From assembly GCF_009914755.1 (NCBI RefSeq), contig NC_060927.1: DNA of 64,000 nt; one strand, given 5' to 3'. Made by a program: the position numbers and the translations under genes. The DNA comes from the human T2T-CHM13v2.0 reference genome, Homo sapiens. Positions 24,922 through 39,709 of this stretch are shown here, piece after piece (within the stretch, counting starts at the first letter, position 1; every line of letters starts with the position of its first letter). The notes under the pieces were generated by a model that was given only the letters and a program-made list of their open reading frames with translations, made no database searches and was not told the origin of the DNA.

Positions 24922-27199
24922 CAAGGTGATGGCCAGGATCAAGGAAGCCAAAAAAAAAAAAAAAAGCTGGAATGAAGTGAAGAGATAATTTAGAAGATGG
25001 AATCACCAGGACTTGGGAATGGATCATGTGGCTATAAGGAAGAGAGAGAAGTTGATGGTATTTAGATAGTTTTCTGGGTAGGTGATACCACTCATGGATA
25101 CAGGTGCCATGGGCACATGCCAAATTCAGAGACTCAGGGTGATTAAATGTTGATACAGCAGGGAGGGGGAGTGTTAGAGAGAGATTGGCCTAGAAACCAC
25201 TAGAAACTGGTAACCTAGGGTAGGGGGCAGGTAAGGATTTAGCATTGAGAGCTTTGCTAGAGGGGCTGAAATCTTGAGGACACACCTGCTCCAGGCTTCA
25301 TACTCTATATTGCATTATTGACCCTGCTGCCAGAGTAACAATGAAAAATCTCAGATCTGGCCACACTAGTCTGCTCAAAGCCTTTCAGTGGCTCCCCATG
25401 GCTCTCAGGACATGTTCAAACTCCCTGACACAGTTTACAAGGTTCTGTGGACCTGCCTACCTCTCCAGAATTTCCCATGCTTCTTTGCTGGCATAATCTT
25501 TAACTTATTCTCTAAGACATAGCACCTCCCCAAATCTTTCCTCTGCCCAGCCCCCTCCATCAGGGTAGATACCCCTCTAGGGAGTCCCACAGCCTCCCAT
25601 CCACTGTGTGAGGATCTGTTTACTTGCCCATTGTCCCCCAACAGACTGTGTGTGGCTTTTGCATTGTGAAACTTGAGGCTTGGCTTGGTGCCTGCTCCAG
25701 CACTGAAGCAATGAGTGAGTGAAGAAATGAATCTTGAGTGAAGGGCTGCATGAAGCTGGAGACACCTAAAACTGAGGGGAAGGAGACTGTTCACCAAACA
25801 ATTTTGCTGAGAGCCTGCCTGGAATGTACCAGGATTCTGATGAGATAGAGAGCAAGAAACATCTCCCTGGTGAGGCTCTCCCTACCCTGCTCCAAGCCTT
25901 GTGTCCTTGTCTCCCTGCCCTCCAAGACCCTCCTGTTCTCAGTCACTGTTGAGGTTTCTGTAAACTTACTTACAGGAGGGTGGGGAGTTGCAGGGTGGCC
26001 AAGACATCACTCCCAGGAGTGCAAAGCTGCCAAGACCCTGGACGAGGACCCAAGGCCCAGGTTCCCTTCTCTCTTCTTCTGCTAAGTCCTTGGGCTTCAC
26101 AGAACCTCCATGGGCTTTATGATGGAACAGTCTAGGGTTGGACTTGGTTTTTCTGCTCTTGGAGGCAAAGCAGTGACCCTGCCTGGGGACACCTGGACAG
26201 TGGCCTCATTCCCTGGAAGGCTGGCTCCTCTGAGGTAGGGTTATGGTTCCTGACTGGGCCTGGGAGGGTGTGACAGCCCTTGCCAAACTCTTGGGGACAA
26301 TGCTGACTTAGGGCCAGTGACAGGAGGGGGATGTTTCAGTGCAAGGAAGGAGTGCCTGGGCACCCCCAGGGATAAGGAAAGAGTCACCTCCTCACAGTCT
26401 GGTGGCAATAGCCTAGCGGGGGAACCATGTGACAGGAACCACATCTGGGGCTGTCTGGGCATATGGGAGGAGCTCTCATGGCACTCAGTCTGAGGGGCCA
26501 GGAAGGAAGATCGTTGGGGTTGAAGGGGAGAGGAGTGAAGCATGGACCCTCAGCCTGGAGGCACACAGCAGTCTCTGTCCAGGCCCAGTGTCCATCTGTG
26601 ACCAGAACCCACCATTACCCACAGGCTGGTGAGGTCAGAGAGGCTCCAACTACAGTAAATGGGGGAAGATGAAAATGGGCAGGAGAGAAGAAGGAAGGCA
26701 CCTGCAGAGGAAAGGGAGCGGCTCCCTTCTTTCTCCTGGGCCCATCTTAGCTATAGGAGCCTACTTTGTCAAGACTCATCATCAGCTGGATAAGAGAAAA
26801 GAGCTGAGTCAAGGAGTGGGAGGGGAGGAGATGAGGGGCACAGAGGAACCACATGCCACACCATCTGGCCCCCATACCTCTCTTTTCTCTCCCTAGCGTC
26901 TGCCATCTCCACTGGGGCCCCTTTGTAGTGAGCTCCCCACAGAAGTGCCTTTTCTGCTTTGGGCTCCTAATGCAGCATCTCTCATCCCCTCTTTCATCCC
27001 CACTCAGGGTTGCAGCTAGAAACTGGTGGCTGGGAGCTGGGGCCTTCCTGAGCGGGGCAGAGCATAAGAGCGACAGGGATGTGCCCTGGCACTTTCTACA
27101 GCCACCCTTACTCCTGACTCTTGTTACACTTTCCCAGGCTGTCTGCAAGAGTATTCATGACAATTCATCAATAATCATAAGTCAAGCTCTATGCATATC

Positions 27200-27700
27200 T
27201 GTTAATTAACTCATAAATATCTGCTAAGTGCCTGCTGTATTCCCAGCACCCCACAAATGCTTGGATAGACTGATGCACAAAGCAGAGGCAGAGCCTGCTC
27301 TCAAGGAGGGAGCTGAGTATGAGATGTGGAAATAGATGCTTAGCAGATATTCACACAAGTAAATACACAGTGACAAATTGAGATAAAACGCCACAAAGGA
27401 AAACTAGAGGGTGCTTCAAGAGAGGATGCCAGATGGTCAGTTTCAGCTTGGAGGGATGAGTGACATGGCAGAGATCTCGGAGGATGGGAAATTTGTGCTG
27501 AGACCTAGAGGAAGAGGAGGAGCTGACCAAGGGAAGATGGAGGCTGTTAGGGGAGAGGGTGCATTGGGTGTGGAGGCCCCAAGATGAAGGAAGCTTGGGG
27601 TGGTGTGAGGAACCCCAACAGGCAGGTGTGGCTGGAGGTGGGACCAATTGGATCAGTGAGATGGCAGGTGGGGAAGGAGGCTTGAGAGTATTCAAGTCTG
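27200..27700 (-). mobile_element. L2 fragment
   Basis: aaatatctgctaagtgcctgctgtattcccagcac...cctgctctcaagga...tgagacct...ggaagcttggggtggtgtgaggaac. Confidence 0.65.
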
Positions 27701-28249
27701 GCTCCACACCCACGGTCTTTACTCCGGCCAGGTTCACACCCAGTGGGCACAGCTGCAAGCTGGCACCAGGTGCACTGGGTGAGAGGTCCCTGTGCCTGTT
27801 CTACTGTCCTCCAGAGCAGAACACAGCTAGCCTGACTCCACCTTGAGTGCTGTGTTCTTCTCTGAGGGAACTGGGAAGCAGGGAGCTCTGAGTGCCGGGA
27901 ACTGCAGGCCATTGTTACATACACACTGTTTTGTGGTTCTATTATCATACCCAGTGATGGTGCCTTGGGAAGGCCAAGGAAGGAGCATGCTAATGAGACT
28001 GGGCTTGCTGGTGTGGATTTAGCCCCACCCAGGTAGTCCACCACACCACCTGTACTGAGAGGGAATAAATAAAGAATAACCGTGGAGCTTTCTGGGCCAG
28101 CCCGTGCTGAGCTGGGCGAGGCCTGCACTGACATACCTCCCAGTGCTCCCCTGACCCTGTCCAGGGTGAAGATGATGCTGGAATACAGAAACAGATGAAT
28201 ATAGCATTTGCTTTCCTTGAGATTTTCTGTATCCCAAGCATTCTGCCAA

Positions 28250-28706
28250 GTGCTTGTGGTGGATTATTACCATCATGGTCCCCAGCAAAGCACACCCACT
28301 GTTATCCAGGCCCATGCGCAATCCCTGCCCACATGGGCTCTAGACTTAGTCACGTTACTTGCTTTGACTAATGGGTCATCAGCCAGTGTGATGCAAGCAA
28401 AGGCTTGGTAGGCTCTTGTGCATTGAGGCTTTCCCTCCTGGAGCCCAGCAGCTGTGTAAAGGATTCTGACCAAGGCAACTCTGCCAACAGCTTGTCAGAC
28501 GCCAGACCTGTAAGTCAGGACATTTTGGACCACCCAGGCCCAGTCCAACCTCAGGTGAATAAAGCTTCATGAGCTTCACAGGCAAGACCAACAGAAGAGC
28601 CACCCAGCTGAGACCAGCCCAAACTACAGAACTGGAGTAAAAGATGATTGTTTTAAGCAACCAAATTTTCAGGTGGTTTGTTAAACAACAGCAGTTAATT
28701 GATGCA
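28250..28706 (+). mobile_element. MLT1 (G/H-like) MaLR LTR
   Basis: ttacttgctttgactaatggg...tgatgcaagcaaaggcttg...cccagctgagaccagcccaaa...ttgttttaagca...gtggtttgtta. Confidence 0.75.
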
Positions 28707-31199
28707 GTGCCTAAGAAATATTCATGTTCCCATTTAGTGGGCACAGCAGTCCTGGGAGGAAAGCATTTTTCTGCCTGCTAAGTGGATCCTGATACTGAGG
28801 AAATATCTAACCAAGGTCATGGGATGAGTTAGTGGCAACCCAGTCGGGTCTGTCTCTACAGCTTCCACACTGGATCTTTCCATCACTCCAAAGATGAGGT
28901 GGCAGAGTCAGTCACTAATTTTCAGCAAATGTGGGGGAAGCAGGTCTGCCTTTATCTTGCATTGCTTGTGTAAACCCCAATGTCAGCTGAGGCTGCGCAG
29001 CTTCACTCCCATCCTGGGGACCACCCTTGAAGCCTGGTTCAAGATTTCGAGAAATTCTTGTACTCTGTGCTCCCTGCTCTGTCTCAGTGACTCTTTTGTT
29101 ACCTTCACCCTTATTTTTATCCATCACAAAGCACAACTCCTTCTTGATTCTATTCCCAAAGCAACCACAAGCACAAGGCGGTTGCTTATAACAGAACCTT
29201 TACTAACGATTTGTGGACTGGGAAGAGCCTTGTTAAACACTGCTCTCAATAGCTCCACGTCAGCATCAGGCATCCTGTCTCTAACCAGCGATTTCTCACG
29301 GCTGCTTCATCCCACTTCACACTATGAGTGTGTCATCTCCCTTCCAGTCCCACTCTCTGCTCCTCCTCCTGCCCGCACCGCAGTCCTGTCTCTCCCTGTC
29401 ACTCCCTCCTTATTCCCAAACACAGCTCCAAGCCAATTGACACTCAGACCACCCAAGGGCTTTGTGTTAAACCAGAGGCTTCCCTTCCGAGAAGATAGTT
29501 GTGGTTTTAAGTAGCAAAATATCTCCCCAACCCATCATACACATTTATGTGCTCAGAGCTCAGAGAAGGCACTTCAGAGGACAAATGTCTCCTTATACTT
29601 CATGACTGAAGCCCAGAGCCCAGAGTGACAGGATGACTTGCTATAGTTTTCCAACTGTTGTCAAAGCTAGGGCAGAAAGTCAGAGTCCTCTCCACTGAGC
29701 AGACAGAAACATGTGAAAGTGCCCAGGTGTGTGGGGCACCATGGGAGTAACCTGGGGCTCTCTGCCACCCTGCTGGGCATGGGCCCCCAAGGTGAACTGC
29801 ACAAACATGCTGACCCGTGCTGTTCTCCTCCCCAGCCCCACTCCAGCCCTGTGGTCCCCACGGTAATGCACACGTGCCCAGCCCATAAATATCTTATTTT
29901 GTGTTCCTGCCAGCCCCTACTAATAGGGCTAATGCTTCCTGAGGAGCAGCCCAAAGCTGCATTAGTCACAGATGTTTGATTGATTTAAAACAAAGGGCCT
30001 GACCACCAACCTCTCTCTATAGTTTCTCTTCCTGCCACTTTGCTTGCAGGGTTATCTCTGAAATGCAATTAAGGGGCTTAAAAGTACATTTTCAGGAAGA
30101 CGTAGAATTGATGAGGGGAGCTGGCCCCTGTGGGTGCCTCCAGATTATTCCAGTCCAGGGAAGGGAGCTGGACCTGCCTGGAGCTGAGTCCACACCACCG
30201 AAGTTTTGAGTCTCCAAGGCAAAATCTGCCCCAAGGGGCCCTGAGAGGGTTGGTAGAAGGAGCTGCCTTCAGTGGAGCTGCTGCCACTTCCTCGGTCCTG
30301 TGCTTTTGAAGGTCCAGCACCCTTGGCCTGGGTGAGCCCTCTGGGAGGGAGCTGGGGCTGCAGGCTTGGAGACTGACTGGACCAAGCCTGGTGAGTTTGG
30401 GGTTCCTGCTCCCTAAAAGGGTAGAGGGGCCAAGCGCTGTGACACTGGTGGGTACCATCTCGGACTAGAGTCCTTTTCCCCAGAAGTCTCAGTGGTGTCA
30501 TCCTATAGCAACTGCTCTCCTTGAACATGCTGCTGGGGCCAATGCCATATTTCCCAGGCTCCCATGACTTAAGCTTCCCTCAGCTATGCAGGGTCAGCTC
30601 TGAGGGTCCGTCCAAACCAGCAGAGTGAGCTGTGCCTGTGGGAGCGAGAGGATGAGACAACCACAGGGCCAGCTCAGATGTTTTCTGCAAATATTTTGTA
30701 AACCTCTGCTGAGTACCAGGTACGTGCAAGGCAGTGTGGAGGTGAAAACATGGAGTAGTGATGTCATAATTGAGTAGGAGCCACAGGCAGCCCCAAACCA
30801 CAGTGCACGGGAGCAGGGGAGATGTGCTGGGGGTAGAGATGGGGCGGTGGCTCCAGCAGGGGCCAAGAACTGCTGGCCCATTAGAGCTGCTGCAACTCAC
30901 AGGGAACACCATGGGAAGGAGAAAAAGATATTTAGCAGAATTTCTTTCAAAGAGAGATTTGCACAGCTGGGAGGAATAGTCTGAGATAGTGTGGGTTGGA
31001 GAATACTCAAGGGCCAGTGCAGGTAACAACAGAGGACCGCTGAAGGGCGCCTGCTTTGCCAAGTGCTGTGTTGAGTTGGGAGCTGGTGCTGACACACTGG
31101 GGCCACCAGTATAGGCTGTCGGCAACCTGCATCCTCAGCCCCTTCCACATCACCCCCCAGTGTTGAACAAACAGTTTGAAAAGGTCAGGTTTTAAGGGA

Positions 31200-31620
31200 C
31201 CCCACATTTTTAGCCTGTGTAGGCTGTAATCTTATCCAAATTCCATTCTGGCAGCACAGAGATGGGAACAAGATCACCTTCTGCTGAGGTCCCAGAGAGA
31301 GGTTCATTGTGGACATATCGCTGCAGCTGGGTCTGGAAGAATGGGTCAGGGGTTGAGAGATGGAAGTGGAAAGTCTTTCTGATAAAGACATAAAGGAAAA
31401 AGTGAAAATTTGTGGAGCGGGTATGGGTAACACTCGATATTTGGTTTGCTGAAGCATGATGGGTGAGTGAGTTAGAAGAGTAGGTGGGAGACAAATGGTG
31501 AGGGATTTCAATGTCTTGCTGAGAAGTTTTGGGATCTACTTGGTAGGCAGTGGTGCACCATAGAAGATTCTAGGGCCATGGGAGAGGCAGTCAGAAATAG
31601 GCTTCTGAAAGATTACCCTG
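31200..31620 (-). mobile_element. L2 fragment
   Basis: gtggacatat...ggtctggaa...ggttgagagatggaagtg...ttgctgagaagttttgggatct...ccatagaagattct. Confidence 0.5.
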
Positions 31621-32164
31621 GTTGGAAATGGGGAGAGAATGTAGATATTTTCAGCAGCAGAAGTCAGCAGCTCCTTTGGGCTCCTGAAGGGAAAACTGAT
31701 CTTAATTTCTATAGAAAATGTATCAGTGGCACAAGACCCCCTGGCCACCAGGCCTGGTGCTCACCTGCTTCAAACACATCTTTCACCCCTTTATGCCTTT
31801 ATCCCTCTGGGATCTTCCAGATGATGACTGCCTTCCCAGCCAACCAGCCCTGCTTCTTTGAGGAGTGCATGCTATTCAGCCACCCCTCTCTGCTGTCATC
31901 TGCTGAACTTCCAGGCCCTTCCTTCATTCATCCATGACTGGCAACCTGGGTTCCACTCCCTGTCCTGCCCGAAGTTCTATCTTTCTCCTGGGAGATGTCT
32001 GTATTCTCATGGATGATCATCCAACTCCCAGGCCTGCCAGCATCTCCACCTTGCCAGTAATGATCTCCTTGGTTCCTTCCAGCCACCTCCTAGCCACACC
32101 CTGGAACTCATCCTCACTAAAGCCTCATAATTCTGAAGACATTAAACCTAACCCTCCTCTGTAT

Positions 32165-32688
<524 letters not shown>

Positions 32689-33078
32689 CTTACTCCATCA
32701 GCTCTCTCCTTTCTTTCTCTCCTCCTTATCCAACACAGGCTCATGATTTCAACACCTCTTTCTGGCATTACCGCCCATGTGGCCCCTCTTGGGGAGCCCA
32801 CCTGCTCACTTTCTCTTCCCCTGCCTGAGAGCAGCTGGGGGCTGCTGGAGAAATGTACACAACAGGGCAGGTTGATTCCATCACAAACTCTTGATTACCA
32901 GCCTCAACAGGACCCTCAGCATTCCTAGAAACCCTCCTATTTTCTTGGGGCATCTCACTCTCACACAAATTATTTCAACCTTCTCTAGAAACTTCACATT
33001 TCTGACCTACCTCTCCCTGCTTCTTTTCCAGCAGGTGACCTGGCCGACCCCATTACAGACATGTGAAGACATCAGTGA

Positions 33079-33534
<456 letters not shown>

Positions 33535-33985
33535 TAGCTTAGGTGCCCCTAAAGAAGGCCCTGAGATGTGGACTTGGGTAATCCCTGGAAGTTTAGGGAG
33601 AAAGTAGAGGAAGTGAAGCAGGGAAGGGAGAGAAAGAGTAGCCAGTAAAGAGTAGTTGATACATGACCTAAAACTAGGGGCAAGTGGGGCTCAGCGCCCT
33701 TTGGGGACCCTCTGGGAGACTGCAGGGAGCACAGCTTTGAAGCATCCTGCTTGAGGACAGGGAGGCTGAGGCACTGACCCACCTAATTCCACCCCACACG
33801 CTTGAGGGTTGCTTGGGGACATCAACCCCTGCATTTCCAGGCTGCACATCACAGGCAAGCAAGCTCCCCAGGGGCCAGAGGAGGCATTGGGAGAGGCATG
33901 AAGACAGACGGATACACCCTGGTGTTTGCCAGAAACTGGCTGCTGCTGCAGGGCTCTCATGAGGGCTGTGGGCGCCCACCTCTCT
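33535..33985 (-). mobile_element. LTR16-like ERVL LTR
   Basis: ccctgagatgtggacttgggt...ggaagtgaagcagggaaggg...agccagtaaagag...tggggaccctctgggagac. Confidence 0.55.
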
Positions 33986-35679
33986 GTGCATGCCCCTGGA
34001 GCCTTTCCCTCATTTGTAAATACTGCCACTGTTCTTCTATTTAAATACGGTTCTCTCCCACCACACTCTTCTTCCCCACTCTTCCCTCTGTGTCCTCCCT
34101 TCACAATCGAACTAATTAGAAATGAGAGCTGTGCTCACTGACCCCATTTTCTCTCTCCTGCTGGTACTTCAGCCCACTTTGGCCTGGCTTCTCCCCTTCA
34201 TTTAGACATAGGTGCTCTCCTGAGTTTCACGTTGCCCAGTCCAAGGTCCAAGGGACATTTCTCAACTCTCAATGCGCATGGTACTTCAGTACCATGCAGC
34301 GCTTTGACCATCTCCACCTTCCGGACACACTCCCTTGGAGCCCACACCATCACCTACTTCTAGGCTTGCCTTTGGTGATGTCTTTTCTGACAGCGTGGGG
34401 TCTTTTGGGTGGGCACATAGGCCTGCAAAGGAGACAATGTCCTTCTAGGCTTCCTCTCCTTCTAGCACCCATCCAGGACCGCAGCTCGAAGTTCCACCAC
34501 AAAAAAAGGGATGACTCACACACTGTTTTGTGAGGCTTAGATCTTTCCAACTACCTATTTGACATTTTCTCTTGGAAATCTCAAAGGCATTTCAGAGGTC
34601 AAACTGGACACGTGATTCCCCCAGCCCCCACCCAAACTATAGCAGGACCTTTCCCCATCTTAGTGAACTGCAATTTATCCATCCAGTTGCAAATGTCAGA
34701 GACATCCTTGATGTTTTCTTCTGCCTCCTCCAAATGCTGGTGTTGTCCAGTCCATCCCTTGGATTGGATGACTTTACCTTCTAAATGTTTCTTGTGTTGG
34801 CTCTGACTCTTCATCACAGGCACATGAGTCCCAGCTGCTCTTCCCTTGCCCAGCTGCTCTTCTCCTTTGCCCTGGGTGCTTGCTACCATCTCTGGACTGG
34901 TGAGCTTGTGTCCTGTCTGACTCCCTTCTGGTCCTCTTTGCCATGGTCCTCACATTGCAATCAGGGGGATCTTTTCACAATGGGAAATGAATTATGTCCA
35001 CCTCTGCTTACAGCCCAGCTTGTCTTCCCACTGTTCCCCTCAACACAAACTTTGAGACCCTGCAGAGCCTGGCCACCATCTGTCATGTCCCACACATTCA
35101 CCCCTTCCCTCTGAATGCAGTGGTCTGCATTCAGCACCCACCACCAGACCTTTGTCCATGCTGGGTCCTCTGTCTGGAATGTTCCTTCTTCTTGTCCCTT
35201 GTTAGTTCTTACTTCACTTTCTGATCAGAACTCAGTCATCACTTCCCGAGGTCGCATTCCCTGAGGTGGACTCTTACGGCATCACAGAGATGATTTTATA
35301 TTCAATTCATGCTTATCCCTGCAGTGGACTGTGAGCAAGGGGCATGTCCGATTTGGGTCCCTGTTGGACCCTCAGTGTCTAGCACAGTATTTGGCCACTG
35401 TGGGCACTAAATCAATATCCACTGAATGAGTGACTCCATAAGACACTGATCTAATCCAGTGGCATTTGGGATAGGGTCAGTTTATTGAGCAGAAAATCAA
35501 TGGTTCCTAATGAAAGGATTGGGGCAGATGTCAGAATCTCCTTGACAGGATTTTCAAAATAGCCCTTGCCAATTGCTTCATCTCTATCCCCAAGATTCCT
35601 TCTTGAGGGAACAGGGTGAATTTTTTATTCCTTTCCCTCATGGGGGAAAGAAACTATGTGAACTTTAAAGCCATTTGAT

Positions 35680-35850
35680 TGGCAGTAGAGTCCTTGGAAG
35701 ACCAAGGCTTTGGCACCACACTGTCCTGGGTTTGAGCCCTAGCTTTGCCTTTTATCAGGCCTCTTTGAACCTTAGTTTTCCACTGTGTGAATTAGGGATC
35801 AGAGCACCTATCCCTTAGGGTTGCTATGAGGAAAATCCTGGGCATCTGAT
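35680..35850 (+). mobile_element. MIR fragment
   Basis: cctgggtttgagccctagctttgcc...ctctttgaaccttagtttt...agggttgctatgagga. Confidence 0.6.
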
Positions 35851-36589
35851 GCTGCCTGATGAACTTTGTGTGGGGTTGCTCCTCTCCTGGACTCAAAGTT
35901 AGCAGTTAGAAAGTCACTTCTTTCAATGTCCTTTTTCCAGATTTTCATTCTCTTCATTATTCCTTGAACAAGGATGTTCAAGACCTGGAAAGCTTTATTT
36001 CAACTTCCCTCTCTTGTCCTTCCTGGGTCTTACTGTGGTCTGTCTGCCATTCTGCAGGGCCTCCAGAGAAGAAGGTTGAAAAGATGAGGTTGTTCTATCG
36101 TCAGAGGTTTTTGCTAACCATACAATTGAGTTTAGTGGAGTGATTCATGGACATGCATTTACAGCTGAAGTTGTAGATCTGTTTTTAGAAATTATTAGCA
36201 GGCATTAAACAAAAACAGGCTTAATTAATAATTCACCAGAAAAAAAGATATGGTGCAATATCCCGCAATAGTAATCTTTAGTGCTGGAATAAGTATTCCA
36301 TTTATTTGAGTTGTTTTTTTACTTCCTTTCACCATAACAAAGACCCAAATCCTCTGTAAAATGAAAGAGAGGCAGGTCTTACAGAACGTATTTATCAGCT
36401 CAGGAAGGTCTGATTCTGCCTCTAGAGTCCCCAGAAATGCAGAACAAATTCTTGGTGCCAATATTCAGAAATAAAGTGGAACCATTAGAGGCAAAAATAG
36501 GGCATGGGGTCAGTGTTTCTGATAAAATATAAGCCTCTGCTGTTTAAGCCTCTGCTTTGCTTTAGCTTCAAGGCCTCATAAACTCACAG

Positions 36590-37380
36590 ATGTATCAGTT
36601 CCTGTTGGCACCCCACCCACACTCCTAAGGCCCACTCTGAAGGTCCCTGTAGGCAGCACCTCCTTTCTGGCTCTTCCTGCCTGAAGGCTTTCTCGAGCTT
36701 CAGAGCAGCCTTGGCACAAAAGTACCAGGAATGTAATGCTCCCTCCCAGTGGCAGCTCTCCACCACCAAGGGGAGGGACTGAGTAGGTGAACCTCACAGC
36801 TTCCCTGTTCTTCTACAGGACAGCACTGAGCAGGGTTCTGCACTCACTCAAAAATCTCCACACGGCCTGGAAACAACTTGCTCATTAAGGAACCCTTTTT
36901 GGGCTTTCCTCTCTTCTTTCCCTTGCTTTCCCACAAATAAACTGCTTGCACCCAAGTTCTTATCTCAAGTTTTGCTGGGATGATGGGGAAGTGAGATCGG
37001 GAAGGGAGGAAAGCTAACAAAAGTGTGCTAAGGGGCAATTTATATCCAAAGCATGGAAGGCTCCATCCTGCTGGGGACCCTGTGCCATACTGAAGGAAAC
37101 CTGCCACAGAATTCTCCCCATGCAGGAGCAGGAGGCTGGAGCCTTTATCTACCAACTCCAGTCCCTAACTGATTGAGGCATGACCCCAGGGCATTATGTC
37201 TCCCTCCTCCACAACCCCATTGATCTGACCAAGCTCCTTGTGCCAGAAAAAGTCCTGGAGCAGAGGAGAGAGACACAATGCCAGAGGTGGGAAGGTATCA
37301 GAATGTGGGAAACCATCTCAAGCAGCTGCTGAGAATTCAGGTGTCTACCCGAATATAGGGAGTGCTTCAGGTGCCCTCCC
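36590..37380. mobile_element. Two adjoining LTR16-like LTRs in opposite orientation (+ to ~36978, - from ~36980)
   Basis: aaataaactgcttgcacccaagttcttatctcaagtttgct (LTR 3' end) is immediately followed by antisense ggggaagtgagatcgggaagggaggaaagc...ggaggctggagcctttatctaccaactcc. Confidence 0.55.
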
Positions 37381-38189
37381 CTGGTTTAATCAGTGTGGCT
37401 ATAGAGGTGGGGGCAGGGCATGAGAAGCAGAGTGGAGATGCAATGTAGAATGTGGCCACCTGTGTGTGAGGAACTGTATCCTCTGCAGGGACAGGTGTGG
37501 TATAGCTGAACCTGGATCACCAGCCCCAGTATAAACTGAAACGTCCAGGACCTGGAACATGAGGCTGAAGAGCAGCAACCAGGGTGAATGCACAGACTGA
37601 ACACAGAAGATGAGACGGCTTTCAGGGGCCCATGCCTCCCTACACATTTGGAAAGCGGGCAGTCTTTCTCTGGTGACCTCCCCTCTTTCTCAGAAGTCCT
37701 CTTGGGCTGTAGCAGCCCCTCCCCAGCCTCTAGTGCCCTCCGCATGGCCCCTGGTTGTCCGGAGTCTTGATTCGCAGAGCAGTGTCCCGTTCCACAGCTG
37801 ATCTCTCTTTCCGAATAGATGTTTCCCAGCTCTCAAAATTCACTCCCCTTCCCCAGACCTGTCATCCAGAGAAAGGTCACTGGCTGCAGAAGGTGAGCTA
37901 GGTCATGAATTCATACTGAATTATGCAAAGCTGGTGACCTCAAAGCTCTCTTGGGAGATATTTGTAGTTTAAAAGGGAAACCTGTGAACCCAAAGGAGAC
38001 AGGAAAGCTTGCAAACAAGTGTTACAGTTAAACACATAAACACAAACAAATAAAAAAAACCAAAAAGTCCTTTAAAAAGTTTGCTATGGTATGCTTCCCT
38101 GCAGCATACCATAGCAAGGAAGACAAGCTCTGAAACAAGGCTCCTGGGGGCCAAAGCTTAGTGGCACCCCCTCCCCACAAACCACACAT

Positions 38190-38372
38190 AATACTTAATA
38201 TTAGCGTGAACCCCAGCAAATTACTTAACTTCTCTATGCCTCAGTTTTCTCATTGCAGGATGAGCTAATAAGACACCTCATAGGATTGAGGTGAGGATTA
38301 AATAAATTAATCAGCCAAAGGCCTTACAGTTGCACCTGGGACACAGGCAAAGCTCAATAAGTGTCAGCCATT
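38190..38372 (+). mobile_element. MIR
   Basis: gcaaattacttaacttctctatgcctcagttttctcat...gtgaggattaaa...cctgggacacag...gctcaataa. Confidence 0.8.
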
Positions 38373-39709
38373 ATTACTTCATTACTTTCTGGTTTTTCAA
38401 GAGACCAGAAAGAGTGGATCTTCTCTCTGACTTGAGGCTGGATCATAACAGACTTGATGATAAAACAACCCAACAGGCAACATTTCAGGGGAAATCTGTT
38501 CCAACCTTGAGGGCTTCTGGGCAGTGAGAATGACTCAAACCTGAGCAATGCTTCTGGGCCTCTGATTTCACGGTGTCTCTGAGTTGCAACAGCAAGCAGA
38601 CCTTGGAGATGCCACCTTCACAGACATGGTGGGGAGGGGACCAGCTTCTTCCTGTTTCCCTGTCATGTAGGCAGCTGAAGAGGGACTCAGAGGCCCTCAG
38701 TCCAACCCACCCCTCAGATGATGTTCTCAAAGTCTATCCAATGTTCAGATCTGAGATTCAGCAAGAAATTGCCAAATAAAGCTGACCAGATGGACTCAGG
38801 TGTGGTGGGATGCCCAGTGTTTAACCTCATTGGTGTGCACATGTAGATACCTCTCTGTACACATATGATGATGGATAACAGTCTTTGGAAAGTAATCTTG
38901 TTGTTCCTTGCTTTTCTCCTCTCCATTCTGCTCCATGTGCAGCATCCCTGCCCCCATTAACTATCAAGTCATTGGTTTCAGAAGGTCCCCAAGAGGGCGA
39001 CTGCAGGGCCATGGTGATGGTAAATCTGGCACATTAATTGTACATTCCAGCCCATTAATCAGCAATTATACTTGAAGTTTCCAAGTATTTCAAAGATGAA
39101 TTACAATGTAATATACAGTTTTCTTTTTGAGGGGCCTGAGGAAAGGAGAACCCAGTCTCCTGCTCAAAGACAGAAAAGATAATTACCTTGGGATTTTAAG
39201 ATTTCTGCTTTGTACTTAACTGCTTAGTACTTGCCATGAGTTTATGACTTGGGTTGCAACATGCTCCCTTCTGTACAATGATCAACCGGCCCCAAGTGTG
39301 ATAATGGGCTGCCCCAGGGTTTCCAGGTTGTCCCAGGGACAGAGCCACCTTCTTGTTCTGAAGGATAGAGCAAAGGGAACTCTACGTGGGTCTCAAGTTC
39401 CTGTTTGAGAACAGGAGGAGGAAATTAGTGGCCCTATATGTTCAAATTGTTCCTTATAAAGAATAAAGGTGAAGTCACGGACTTGCAATCCTGTAGTCTC
39501 AATAGATTAGTAATTACGAAGTTTTATTCAGATGCTGATGTGTGTGCATCTTCCAGGACAGAGAGGTAAGGGATTATGATAATCCCACCCCAGACTGACC
39601 AGGTCTGGTCTCAGAAAGGTGAGAGACAGCTGGAGCAGAGAGAAGTGTCCACAGACTGAAAATGGTTAGTGGTTAAAAGCCTGTTTCGGACTCGAGAGGA
39701 CATGGCTCA

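Noticed and set aside
28894-29514. 206-aa ORF as a gene
   Set aside because: Leu/Ser/Pro-rich with no recognisable domain, promoter or splice structure; consistent with chance.
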